A stretch of 64,000 nucleotides of DNA, from NCBI GenBank assembly GCA_022605425.2, contig CM061247.1, forward strand, positions 806,001-870,000, in the 5' to 3' direction. Under the pieces are notes generated by a model that saw only the letters and a list, made by a program, of their open reading frames with translations, was not told the DNA's origin and made no database searches. Shown piece by piece: positions 39,768 to 51,236 of this stretch (its first letter is position 1; every line of letters starts with the position of its first letter). This DNA is from Hamiltosporidium tvaerminnensis FI-OER-3-3 (lineage: Eukaryota > Fungi > Microsporidia). A program made the position numbers and the translations under genes.

Positions 39768-41000
39768 TTATTCTCCATCAAAACTTTTCTTTTCCTGACC
39801 TTTAAACGGTCCACACGAATGAAACAGTTTAGGTCTGAAACTTTCTACTTCATTCATAATACTACTCTTTCTAAATTTAATAACTAAATTTTCAAGACCT
39901 TGTATACTCGCATACGTCAGTTCTGCAATTTTATTACTCGAAAACTTTTTCCAACCTTTTCCATTAATTTTATTATAAAAAGATGGAATGGTTTTATAAT
40001 CAATGAAATTTACAAATGCATATCCAACATTACATTTATTTCTAAAATCCATTCTTAAATATACAAAATCAAACGTTCCATAATGATCTTCATTAAGAAG
40101 ATCAATAAGCATTTTTTGTGTGTATTTGTTTGGAATATTTTTTATCATGCAAGTTTTTCTCGTATCTTCAGATCTATTGATTGATTCTACATCTATTTTA
40201 TAATCAGATAATTGCATACTAAAATTGTTTATTCCGTTCTTTTTATATTTTGATAAATTTGTGTTTTGTACTTCAAAAGTTTCAAAATTATTTTTGTAAA
40301 ATTCTTCATCTACTGTTTTCAAATGCTCAGAAAATATTTCACTCGTTTTTATTAGTGAATTATCAAATTTAAAAAAAGGAAATAAATAATTATTTGATTG
40401 TAAATTTTCTATATTTTTATATTTTTCAAAATACCAATTTGGAAAAATATTTCTTTGATTTTTATTTGTGTCATATATATTTCTTTGGTTTTTACTTGAT
40501 TCATAGAGATTTGTAGAGGTATTCTTATGATTTTTACTTGATTCATAAATATTTTTAGACAAATTCCTTTGATTATTATTCGTGTCATAGATATTTGTAG
40601 AAATATTTCTATTTGATTCATAAATATTTTTAGACAAATTTCTTTGATTAGTATTCGGGTCATAGATATTATTATTCATTTCATATATATTATTACTATT
40701 TAAAGCACTTGGGTTAATATTCTTATCAAATATTTTTTGTTTACATTTTTCTTTACAATTATCTGAATAAAATTTAGAAGAATTATTTAAATATTTAGGA
40801 AACGAAAAATCTTGTGTATTCTGTACAAATTGTATTTCTTCACTATCATATCGTATCTCATCTAAAAAATTATTTTGCATTTGATTTTCTTGGTCGTACA
40901 TTATTAATTTCTTTCTAGATATTTGTTTCCAGATTATATCAGGGTCTTTGTTTTTAAATATTGGTTTTTTTGAATTTTCATTTGTTTCCTTTATTAACAT
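39768..41000 (-). CDS. mei2: Mei2-like RNA-binding protein (C-terminal Mei2-type RRM)
   Basis: RKTCMIKNIPNKYTQKML, FDFVYLRMDFRNKCNVGYAFVNF, W..FSSNKIAELTYASIQG and RPKLF are Mei2 RRM3 signatures. Asn-rich repeats in the N-terminal half. Confidence 0.88.
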   Translation of the reverse strand: MLIKETNENSKKPIFKNKDPDIIWKQISRKKLIMYDQENQMQNNFLDEIRYDSEEIQFVQNTQDFSFPKYLNNSSKFYSDNCKEKCKQKIFDKNINPSALNSNNIYEMNNNIYDPNTNQRNLSKNIYESNRNISTNIYDTNNNQRNLSKNIYESSKNHKNTSTNLYESSKNQRNIYDTNKNQRNIFPNWYFEKYKNIENLQSNNYLFPFFKFDNSLIKTSEIFSEHLKTVDEEFYKNNFETFEVQNTNLSKYKKNGINNFSMQLSDYKIDVESINRSEDTRKTCMIKNIPNKYTQKMLIDLLNEDHYGTFDFVYLRMDFRNKCNVGYAFVNFIDYKTIPSFYNKINGKGWKKFSSNKIAELTYASIQGLENLVIKFRKSSIMNEVESFRPKLFHSCGPFKGQEKKSFDGE

Positions 41001-41349
41001 ATTAATTAATACAATGATATATTTATAAGTTTTTTTATTTTTGTTTCCTTTATATAATTTTTACTTTTATGCAGGCAATTAAGGTGTAATTTGATTTAAT
41101 CTTTTTTTTATGCTAAGTTTAATGCATTGATGCATTTTTTTAATCAGCATTGATTTTTAATTTAAAATTTAATACCATTTTTTTAATTAATAATTTTATT
41201 TATGCAAAAATGGAATTTATTTTAATTAATTTTATTTTGTTTTTAAAATAAAGTTTAATATTTTATAATTAAATATTTTTGTTTACTTTTATAATTTCAT
41301 TTTATTTTTTATAATCTAATATTTTCTAGTTCATAATTTATATTTTTTA

Positions 41350-41512
41350 GTTTATAATCTTTTATTGTCAGATTTGTATTCTATTGTTTTATAATCTTTT
41401 ATTATCAGATTTTATATTCTAATGTTTTATAATCTTTTATTCTCAGATTTTATATTTTAATGTTTTATAATCTTTTATTCTCAGATTTTATATTTTAATG
41501 TTTTATAATCTA
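41350..41512. repeat. 38-bp minisatellite, about 4.3 copies
   Basis: Unit GTTTTATAATCTTTTATTCTCAGATTTTATATTTTAAT; ATAATC recurs at 41354, 41391, 41429, 41467 and 41505. Confidence 0.9.
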
Positions 41513-43399
41513 ATATTCTTAAATTTTATGATCTAAAAAATATGTTTTAAACTCTTTATTTGACATTTGATGTTTTTATTTATGCAAGGTTTTTTTAATG
41601 TTGGATTAAGGTATGACATAATAAATTGATACCTTAAAATAAAATTTACTGCTTAATAAAAATTAAATACAATCTAAATATCAATTATAAAATACTTTAT
41701 TATTATTATCTTATAATTTATATTTATACAACATAACACCAAAATACTTTAATATTTTGATACTACAAAGTCTCATTACATAAATACCCTAATAATTGAT
41801 ATTTTACCTTAAAAAAGTAAAAAGTTATTTAAATCAAGCGATTATTAAAATAATATATTAAATTGTAAAAAGATTTCAATGAAAAAAAAATTATGTTTTT
41901 TTTATTAATTTATGCGCATAAATGGAGATATATTTTTAAAAATGTTCGGTCTTCTAAGATTTGAATCTATTTAATTTAAAATTGTTCTTAAACATGTAAT
42001 ATCTTTAATTATGTTATATTAAAAACGATTCTAAATTGTAAAGATTTTCTCAGAACTTTATTGATTTTAATATATTTTTATTTTTTTAATTTCTTAATTA
42101 AGTTACAAATGTATAATTATATCTGCAATTATAGAAGTGGAAAATTTTTTATTTTTTATTTAAAGATTGATGATCTATTTGATACATTCTTATGCTTAAA
42201 ATAATATTTTTGTTTGATTCTTACGAAAAATTATGTTTATATTCATGAAATACTTTTACATCTGTTTTATTGTTTTTCTTTTATAGTGGTTATATTATTA
42301 AATATAATTGGTTAGTAGAATACGCTGGTAGTTTTTTATATTTTAGGTTTTATATTTAGGTTTTATAATTAAGTTTTATATTTTGAACAGAAATACAAAT
42401 TATAAAACTGAAATTGAATGAAAATATTTTAAAATGATGATTTATTTGTGATTATATTTGAATCTTATAGTAATTTTGATTTGTTTATACAAATTTATAT
42501 TTCGTTATTTAATTTTTCGTTCTGAAATATAATAAAGATTATTTAAATGAATTTATGTATGAAATAAAGCATTTATTTAAAAAAGTATGTTTGAGAAGTT
42601 TTATTTTTTATTTATATTATAAGCATTAATTTCTCTTGGTTTTCCGAAGACAGATAATATTGTTTTCTATAAGTAAAAGCGGGAATATATTTATCTATGA
42701 TCTAAAATTCTTCTTCTCTGTTTATGAATATAAGTATATATTCAGCAAATTAGGAAAATTAAACATTTTATTTTTAAAAGAATTAACTACAGCAAAAAAT
42801 TTGCGTTTAAAGCCAGGTTTGTTACAAAAAATACTGTTTGGCTGTATTTTATCTTACATAAAATATCAAAACATATATATATGTTGTTTTATTTGCTTTA
42901 GCCATTTGAAAGATGCAAAGATACTTTTATATTTACGATTATAAATGTAAATTGATAAAAATATACAGAAAAATGATGTGATAATGTATATTTTTTACGG
43001 TTAAATGTGTTTTTTTTCGAGATTCCATTGCCTCATATTTTATTAATCCGTTTTTAATACCTCATATCTATTTTACTCTGATTCGCATTAGAGTTATATG
43101 GTTTACAAAAGGGATACATAATTTTAGGCTTTGTATTGCCGTATATTATTCATCAATTTGCAAAGAAATTAAATTTTTGCTCATTGCAGGTATAAATACT
43201 GGATTACAATGCCTTTTTCATTTTTTACCAACATTATTTATTGTCTAAACTCTTTTTTCAATGGAAAAATAACGTATTTCAAAGACTTTACAATACATGA
43301 TATATATCTGCTCTAGTTCTGTTTGTATTGAATAGCATAATTACTTTATTTAAATAGTTGTGGCAATATAAATTTTGAATTACCCGTAGCTTGTCTTTA

Positions 43400-46300
43400 T
43401 CGGCTTGTTACGGGGTCGTATAAAGGAGGAGGTTCAACAGGCAGCCAACGGCTCTATTTTAAAAAACTTTGTTTTTAAGAGCCTAAACAAACCACAAAAT
43501 ACGAAAACTGATTTTTGCAAGATTATAAGTATTAAAAAAACATAGATACCATTATAATATAAAATTTCCTCTGTTTTTTCGAGAAGTAGCACCCATTAGA
43601 AGATCTTTCTCACGAATCTGCAAAATATAATATAAATATCATAGATCTACAAAATTTATCGTTACAGATGAAGGTTATTAGTAAATGAGGCCTGAGATCT
43701 TAGTAAGCTGCAATACTTTTAATTAAGTAACTAAGGTCTACAAGAAATAGCCGAAAAATAACCGAGTTATAAAACGAAAAGATAGGTAGTTGTTTAGTTG
43801 AAAAACATGACCTAAACTTCTAGACAAGCTTTTATCTTTTCAACCTATACATTAAATAATGTTTTGGCATTCGAGCCTAAAAATATACGAATATGTGCAT
43901 AGAAGATTAAGAGTATATTTTTGAACACTTCTTTGATATATGAAGCTTCGATAAAAGATAATATGAAACTGAATAGAACTTTTAACTGATTGAATTCAAA
44001 CTGAATATACAAATAGCTCGGCATGAAATAAAAATTGCTATTTAATATTTGAAATAAAAATATGTGAGTGAATGCTGCGAAACTAGAATTAAAAACGATG
44101 CTTTCGTTTCGTTCTGAAGAGAAAATATTTTTGATACATCAATTTGCTTTTAACCAAAACTATGACAATTTTATTTAGTATCACCTATAGAAAATTCCAA
44201 TTTTCACTTGATGTTTACTCGATATAGATATCTTTGACGAAATATACTGCTTTAATATTTACTCTTGGCCTACCCAGTGTGCTATTTCGAATATATTTTT
44301 AGAAGCTGGTATGAAGTAATTATTTATTGGCAAGAATGAAATATTGACAACTTAAATATAATTCAAGAAGCTTAATAAATGCAAATCCAGAATTGCGATT
44401 GCGAAGAACTATATGTTATCAATAACAGAAATTAATTTAGAAAAGGAATAAATTAATATTTAAAGAACAATAATTTTTATCTATCTTTTCAAGAAGAGGA
44501 AAGAGCTGGTGAAAGATTCTAACGAAAAGACAGCTGCGTACTTTTCTAAACTATCAAAATTTTTGAAGCAAAACAAAGGGTATGATTATGTATACGCGGA
44601 ATTGACACACTAAAGAATATAACTCGATATAAGATGATATCAGAATATGTCATAACACATAAACAGTTTATTCAACTAAGAGTCATGGCTTATAATATTT
44701 AGGAGGAAAGAAACATAGCAAGCAAAGGCTATAAAGTTTAATGAAAATTAAAAAGAGTTTGAAACTTATGAACTTGAAAAGAAAAATTGAAAGCCCGAAA
44801 TATAATGTATGAAATACATACGTATACCTAATATGGATTTAAGAATGTATTTAATAGATGGCTCTTATATTTTAAATCCTATTAATGATACCATGCAAAG
44901 AATCCAATAATCGAATAAGAGAGAAACTGTTCGATTTGAATGAAAAATACATATACGGTGATAAGATTTAGGCTAAACCCTTTATTAGAGACTACTGATT
45001 CTAAGATGAACTTAAATAATAATACTTCCCGGATATAATATATAGCCGAAGTCATAAAATACGAAAGTATTACACCGAAAAAAACATCCAAAAATTAATC
45101 AAGAGAATTAGGTTAAGAAAATTTAGTGAATGTCATAGTAATCTGATACAACTTTCATAAAAAAAATTAAAAAGATTGTTTCTAGCCATAGAAAATTATA
45201 TTTCTGTGCATTTAATACATGTTTCTTTGTGAAAAAATTGCTGATGGGTTTGATTCATATCCAAAAATCAAAGCGGTGATATTAAATGTGGATTTAGGAT
45301 TGGAGATTGGCAAATATTTAAATATTTGCACAAGAATGATGCTTTAAAAATACTTTAAATCCAATCTTTCGATAATCAAATAATTAAAGAATCCAAAAAA
45401 AGCAAATATCAGCATTGTTTGAAATTTCTACACGATATTCGAAAAACCAATTGTTTTTAAAAACCATTCCTTATCAAAACCACATTGATTAGAACAAAAT
45501 CAAAAACATGTTTTTTAATACTTAAGATATTTCAAAATGGATAAAAAACTTAAACGTAGGATACCTGTGCCTGTACATTATTAAGCCATAAAGCAGAAGA
45601 AATCATTTTCGAATTAGAAACGATCGCTATGTTTACAGAATTCAATGAATAAAAAAAATATATAGCATATAAAGAGGCCCTGAAAATAATGATAAACCGA
45701 ATATGACATATAAAATTGGTTTTGAGAATATTAGCCTTAAAAACAGGAAAGCTAACCAAATGATTAATAAACTTAAAGGAAATAAATAAAAACGCTTCTT
45801 TTATATTCCCCTTAGTAACGTTTTAGAAACAATTTATATAAATTTAGAAAAGTATCGAGTTAAAAAAACTTAAAAACAATTCTGAATTTACGGATAAAAG
45901 TTTTTCCAGCTCTAAAGAAAGAATGAATGTTGGTGAAATCTTTATATTGTCGAACAACGCTTAATGAGGTCAAACCGAAAAGCCTAAATTAGAAATGGAA
46001 TATATAGGGTCATTGTTATACCGGCAGTACTGTATGCTTCTAAAATGTTAGCGATGTCAAAATATGCGAAAAAATTTTAAATAACTATAAAGAAACAGTA
46101 TGCAGCAACATCGACCCACATTTAGAAATGAAGAGAAAAGACTCCGAAAGAATAAGAGATATATGGACCATATTGTGAACTATTTTAGTCCCATTAATAA
46201 AACAATGAAGACTTGAATTACTTGGAAAGGTAAGACGGATTTTTTCAAAAAAGACTATAAGCAACAATTGAGAAGCTGTATCCATAAAAAGAGAATACGT

Positions 46301-46500
46301 GACATAACGTAAAAAGATGCTTGGGTGAAATGAAAAATATAAGAAGACCTACTGTATTGCGATAATAGATTTAGTGCAAAAACAAAAGACTTAAGGAGTA
46401 TTGTGCATGGAGACGGGCTCTTTATAGGTTATTGCACGGCCGGATAAGTAAGTTGATAAGCTTCATCATTCAGCTTTATCACATAAGAAATAATTCGGTT
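43400..46500 (+). mobile_element. Possible very degenerate Ty3/Gypsy pol relic
   Basis: Only faint traces (KYTAF-like near 44240; integrase-like 'E.I.G.L' and 'D.SKYA' near 45995-46070); no ORF. Confidence 0.25.
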
Positions 46501-46842
46501 TAGAATTGTAGAAAACAATAAATTCATTTAGAACCAGTTATACATTTACTTTTTTCCAAAATTTCACGAGCTCTGTATGATAATTCGTGTTAAATGTATA
46601 TAATTTTGCTTAACATTTTAGGAAAAATTATATTCGTTTTTCTAGAAATATTTTTTTTGAATTTATTTATCTACTTTAATTTTAACATATTTGCCAATTT
46701 ATTTCTCAAATAAGATGACTCATAATTCGTTTGGGTGACTTTAATTATATTTGTAACAAATACTTACATTTTTAATTGAACATAAATTCTTTCGGAAATA
46801 GAATGCGATTTTTTATTTAAATTATAAGTTTTAAAAAGTATA

Positions 46843-47571
46843 TGTGGAGGGAGGATAACCACATAAAAAACTTTCTGCTTGGCAATGAGTGTGTGAAACT
46901 GGTATGAGGTCATTGTTTGGATTTTTGGTGGGAATAAAACTCAACTACATCTTTGGTTGTTCCATGGGAGTTGTTATGAGGGGAAGAGGTCTAGGAAATA
47001 GAGAAACTGTTTTTACAGATTTATTTGTAGTTTTTTATGTAACCAGATTGCAGACCGCAAATGAATATGTAGGTAATTGCCATGTAAAAGCATGGAACCC
47101 TAGCCTTGGTCACTCGGGTTAGAAGACTTAGCGCCTGGGAGATATAAAAATAAAAAACATTTAAAGCCGGGAGAGCTAAGTAGCAGGTTATACCTGTTGG
47201 TATGACATTGCACTGTCTAGGTGGACCCCATGTAAATCTCTGAAATATATCTTAGCTAGAAGTTTATTGGGTTCAGAAAGTGTAGAGTAAGTGGGAATGC
47301 TGCATAGTCTTGGAGGAGCCCAGGGGGAGCTTCGGCCTTCGATCACACTCCATGCAACGGACATTAACGAACTCCGGGCAACTGCCTCGCCTATTATTTA
47401 GGTTCTGCACACCTGGTAGATGAAAGGCTTTGAGACGTAGGTATCGCAGGGGTTACTGATGGAGTGTTGGGGTAGCAAGTCATTTATGTTAAACCTAGAA
47501 CTGCGTTAATGTCATAAAAACAAATATAACACTTGCCACTATTTTAAAAAGATGTGATACTTTTAAATAAA
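46843..47571 (+). repeat. Long shared-head non-coding element (copy L3)
   Basis: Starts TGTGGAGGGAGGATAACCACATAAAAAACTTTCTGCTTGGCAATGAG and ends GATGTGATACTTTTAAATAAA; contains a C(UUCG)G hairpin near 47322-47340. Confidence 0.88.
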
Positions 47572-47596
47572 TTGTATTAAAACTAATGATTTATTT

Positions 47597-50029
47597 TTAA
47601 TCTTCTATATGAGAGTGATTTAATAAACTTGAAGAAAATATAATCTTTTTTGCATAACCATATGAATCTAACAATGGATTGATATCAAACTTATAGATAT
47701 CTAACTTAATAAAATTCATGCGATATAGAATCCCGAGATTTTTCCTAATAATGATTTCATCGGAATAAAAAGTCAATTTTAAGATCTTAAGCTTTTTAAA
47801 GTTTGAAATAGAAAGAATTTCTGATATTTCAAATTTATAAGCGTAGATATCAAGCTTAAATATTTTATTCGAAATGTTTAATCGAAGTATTTTTCGTAAA
47901 ATTTCAACATCAGAACTTTTATTTTGAATACTTAATTTCAAATATTTGAGCGATTTTAAATTTGAAAAGATTTCTATGTCCTCTTTATATAAACATCCTG
48001 TATTGTATTTAAGTTCAATAAGATTTTCCAAATTAAATAAATGATATAATATTTTCAAAATACTACTAGATGTTTGGTTTTTGGCAAAAAAAAAGTTCCC
48101 GTACTTTAAAGATTCCAATGACGGCAAATATCTATGATATTTGGGTTTCGGAATATTTAAATATCTTACTTCGTCATTAAAGCAATATTCATTGGTATCT
48201 AAGCTCTGATTATGATGCAAATTTAGAATAATACGTTTCAAACCTATAAATTTGCTTAAGTATAAAAAGAAAATGCTATTTAGGGACATATTAAGATTAT
48301 AAAATCCTAAAAATAAAATTGAATTATTAAACAAATTTTGATTAATAAGTTCGTTTTCATCGAAAACCATAAAATCATCGAACAACACTGTAGTTAATTT
48401 CCTCGAACAAAGGATAACTTCAAAAAGCTTATTCGTTAATTTGATATTTTCAAAGGATAATCCTCTCAATGCCTCAAAAGATTCTAGAAATTTGTAAGAA
48501 ACTAAAAAATTATTTTGCACATTTTTCAAATCAATTTTTAGAAATTTTATCAAATTAAAATTAAATATTTTTGCGAAATAAGTTGTATCATATTTTTCTC
48601 TAAATAAGCATAAGTTAACTTTTGTTAAATAATTTTGAAAATTATACGTTTGAAAAAATTTTAACTGGTTCTCCAGATCAGATATGTATACAGTATTTTC
48701 CAAATCTATAACAAATTTCTTATTTCTTCCCGAAAGTGAAAACGCTGAATTTTGAAAAATTAAAGAACTAAACGAATACAAAATAAATTTCAGAGACTCA
48801 ATTTTATCGTAAATAGTTAGGTTTTCTACCTTTATTATATGTTCTATATAGACCTGGTTAATTTCTAAAGTAAGCTTTTTAATGCTTTTAAAATAGAAGA
48901 TTTTATCAATAAAATATTCGGGATTGTCATAAATAATAAATTTTACGTTATCCTTGGATGTAAAATATTCGTTGTTCTGTAAATAATTAAAGATTGGTAG
49001 TAGTTCTTCTACGATTACAAATATAATTTTTTCGAAATTTTTTGGCAAAGATGAACAAATTATTTTCATATCGAAATTGTTTCCATATGCACAAAGATTG
49101 AAATATAATTTTTTGACCCAAAAAATATGCATTATACTTATCCAATTATCTCGGAAATTTGGTTTCAATAAATATTTATATAAATAACGTGTATGAAACT
49201 TCATAAATAAAAAATCATCATTTTTTTTGTGCTTCTTAGAATGAAATATCGAAGAAATGCTTTCTGGTTGATTATATTCACGGAATATTTCATATATAAA
49301 AGCCTTTTTCATCATGTAAAGTTTTAGAAAACATTCTATAACATCCCGAACATGCAAATTGTTAAATTTCAGATGATTTAGAATTGGCTTGAATGCTAGA
49401 TTTTTAAAGTCTAAATTATGAATTAGAGAATAATAAACCAAAATTTTGATAAAATATTTATATTTCTTATTTCTCATCACTTTAAAAATATTTAAATATT
49501 TTAAAATTTTAAAAAATGTTTGTGGCTTGATCGTTACAAAAATGTTATCATCGATCGTTAATGAATTAAAAAAATATGAAACTGCATATAAATCTTCGTT
49601 TTCTATGTAAATTGTAACCTGATCTTCATTTTCAAGTGCTAGCTGATCAAATATTCCAAACGAAAGTGATATATCGTTTGGATAGCAAATCGAAAATAGG
49701 TTATCGTTATATTTCGAAATTACAGGGGTATTAAAGGGGATCAATATAGAATTTTCATTTACATAATACGTTTTATTGCCTAAATTTTTGTAATTATCGT
49801 TTTCTACAAACGAAATATATTCCTCGGCTTCATTTATTGCACTAAACTGTACATTCAAGCAGAAAATACTATTTAGAGTCAAAAATAATCTTAGAAACAT
49901 ACAACCAATCGAAATTATATCCAAGAGACTTTTAAATGTTCGATTTCTAGATCTTATAAACATATCTAAAGATGTTTTAACCAATTTAGTGTTTTTTTTA
50001 CGTTCTTTATAGATTTTCCAAATAAACAT
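47597..50029 (-). CDS. 810-aa orphan LRR-like protein, possibly secreted
   Basis: Long ORF with LRR-like units (IKKLTLEI, LRGLSF, LKSLKYLKLSI, FKKLKILKLTF). Signal-like segment MFLRLFLTLNSIFCL from Met at 49900 is an alternative start. Confidence 0.8.
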   Translation of the reverse strand: MFIWKIYKERKKNTKLVKTSLDMFIRSRNRTFKSLLDIISIGCMFLRLFLTLNSIFCLNVQFSAINEAEEYISFVENDNYKNLGNKTYYVNENSILIPFNTPVISKYNDNLFSICYPNDISLSFGIFDQLALENEDQVTIYIENEDLYAVSYFFNSLTIDDNIFVTIKPQTFFKILKYLNIFKVMRNKKYKYFIKILVYYSLIHNLDFKNLAFKPILNHLKFNNLHVRDVIECFLKLYMMKKAFIYEIFREYNQPESISSIFHSKKHKKNDDFLFMKFHTRYLYKYLLKPNFRDNWISIMHIFWVKKLYFNLCAYGNNFDMKIICSSLPKNFEKIIFVIVEELLPIFNYLQNNEYFTSKDNVKFIIYDNPEYFIDKIFYFKSIKKLTLEINQVYIEHIIKVENLTIYDKIESLKFILYSFSSLIFQNSAFSLSGRNKKFVIDLENTVYISDLENQLKFFQTYNFQNYLTKVNLCLFREKYDTTYFAKIFNFNLIKFLKIDLKNVQNNFLVSYKFLESFEALRGLSFENIKLTNKLFEVILCSRKLTTVLFDDFMVFDENELINQNLFNNSILFLGFYNLNMSLNSIFFLYLSKFIGLKRIILNLHHNQSLDTNEYCFNDEVRYLNIPKPKYHRYLPSLESLKYGNFFFAKNQTSSSILKILYHLFNLENLIELKYNTGCLYKEDIEIFSNLKSLKYLKLSIQNKSSDVEILRKILRLNISNKIFKLDIYAYKFEISEILSISNFKKLKILKLTFYSDEIIIRKNLGILYRMNFIKLDIYKFDINPLLDSYGYAKKIIFSSSLLNHSHIED

Positions 50030-50450
50030 CTTTCAGAAATTTAATGATTGAGGTATAAAGGATTTAAATTTAATATTTATTATGACACAGAAGAAATATA
50101 TTTTTATCTTTCCGTTTGATAAAATACAAAAAATGATAAACTAATAAATAATTTTTTTTATTTAATTTTGTATTATCTTCGATTTCTTCTCTCAAAAAAA
50201 TAAAAAAAGCTGTGATAAGAGCCATCTAGTTTGAATTTACCAATATCTTCATATTTAAAATTAAATTTAGGCCGTTTCAATTTGATTCTTATATTATATT
50301 TCTTTGGATTTGTAATAATTTCTTACTAAAATTTTAAATAAATTTTGCTGTATTTTATTCTGTTGCCCGTTGTTTTTTTTAATGCTTTCACTTGTTAAAC
50401 TAGAAAAATTTGAGTAAAAATCAGATAATATAAACACTAACCCCTTTGGA

Positions 50451-51170
50451 TTACTTTATTAAAAAGTATCATATCTTTTTAAAACAGTGGCAAGTGTTAT
50501 ATTTGTTTTCATGACATTAACGCGGTTTTAGGTTTAACATAAATAACTGCTACCCAACACTCCATCAGTAACCCCTGCGACACCTACATCCCGAAGCCTT
50601 TCATTTATTAGGTGTGTAAAACCCAATCACTAGGCGAATAACGTGGCCCGGAGTTTGTTTATGTCCGTCGCAAAGAGTGTGATCGAAGGCCAAAGCCCCC
50701 CTGGGCTCCCTCAAGACCATGCAGCATTCCCACTTACTTAACACTTTCTGAATCCAATAAACTTCTCGCTAAGATATATTTCAAATACTTACATGGGGTC
50801 GACCTATACAGTGCAATACCATACTTACGGGTATAACCTTCTACTTACCTTCCCCGGGTTTTAATGGGGTATATTTTCATATCTCCCTAGCTCTTAGTCT
50901 TCTAACCCGAGTATGCAAGGCTAGATTCCATGCTTTAAAATGGCCATTACCTACGAGTTCAGCTGCGGTCTGCAATCTAGTTACATAAAAAATTACAAAT
51001 AAATTTATAGAAAAAATTTCGCCATTTCTTAGACCTCTCCTTCTCATAAAGAAACCCATAGAAACACCGAAGATATAGTGTGGGTTATTCCCACCAAACA
51101 ATGATCTCACACCAGTTTCACACACTCATTGCCAAGCAGAAAGTTTTTTAGGTGGTTATCCTCTCTCTAC
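50451..51170 (-). repeat. Long shared-head non-coding element (copy L4)
   Basis: Collinear with L2 and L3; head GTAGAGAGAGGATAACCACC at 51170; nested inside the old repeat. Confidence 0.88.
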
Positions 51171-51236
51171 ATATATAAAGAGTAAAAGAAATATTTTTTT
51201 GTAATTATTTTAGTTAAAAGTATTTTTGTCAATTAG

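Noticed and set aside
41350-41512. CRISPR array
   Set aside because: Head-to-tail repeats without unique spacers, eukaryotic context, and no cas genes.
46889-47122. 68-82 aa ORFs repeated in L2, L3 and L4 as a small protein family
   Set aside because: They have non-ATG starts, a frameshifted C-terminus in L4 and no equivalent ORF in L1. Openness can be explained by recent copy similarity, though a ~50-aa ATG-initiated peptide is not excluded.
47105-47145. 5S rRNA-derived segment (GGTTAG..ACTT..CGCCTGGGA)
   Set aside because: The resemblance is short, internal, and lacks the C-box; likely chance.
47455-47470. Hammerhead ribozyme or retrozyme core
   Set aside because: The sequence is CTGATGG rather than CTGATGA, with no properly placed GAAA or stems.
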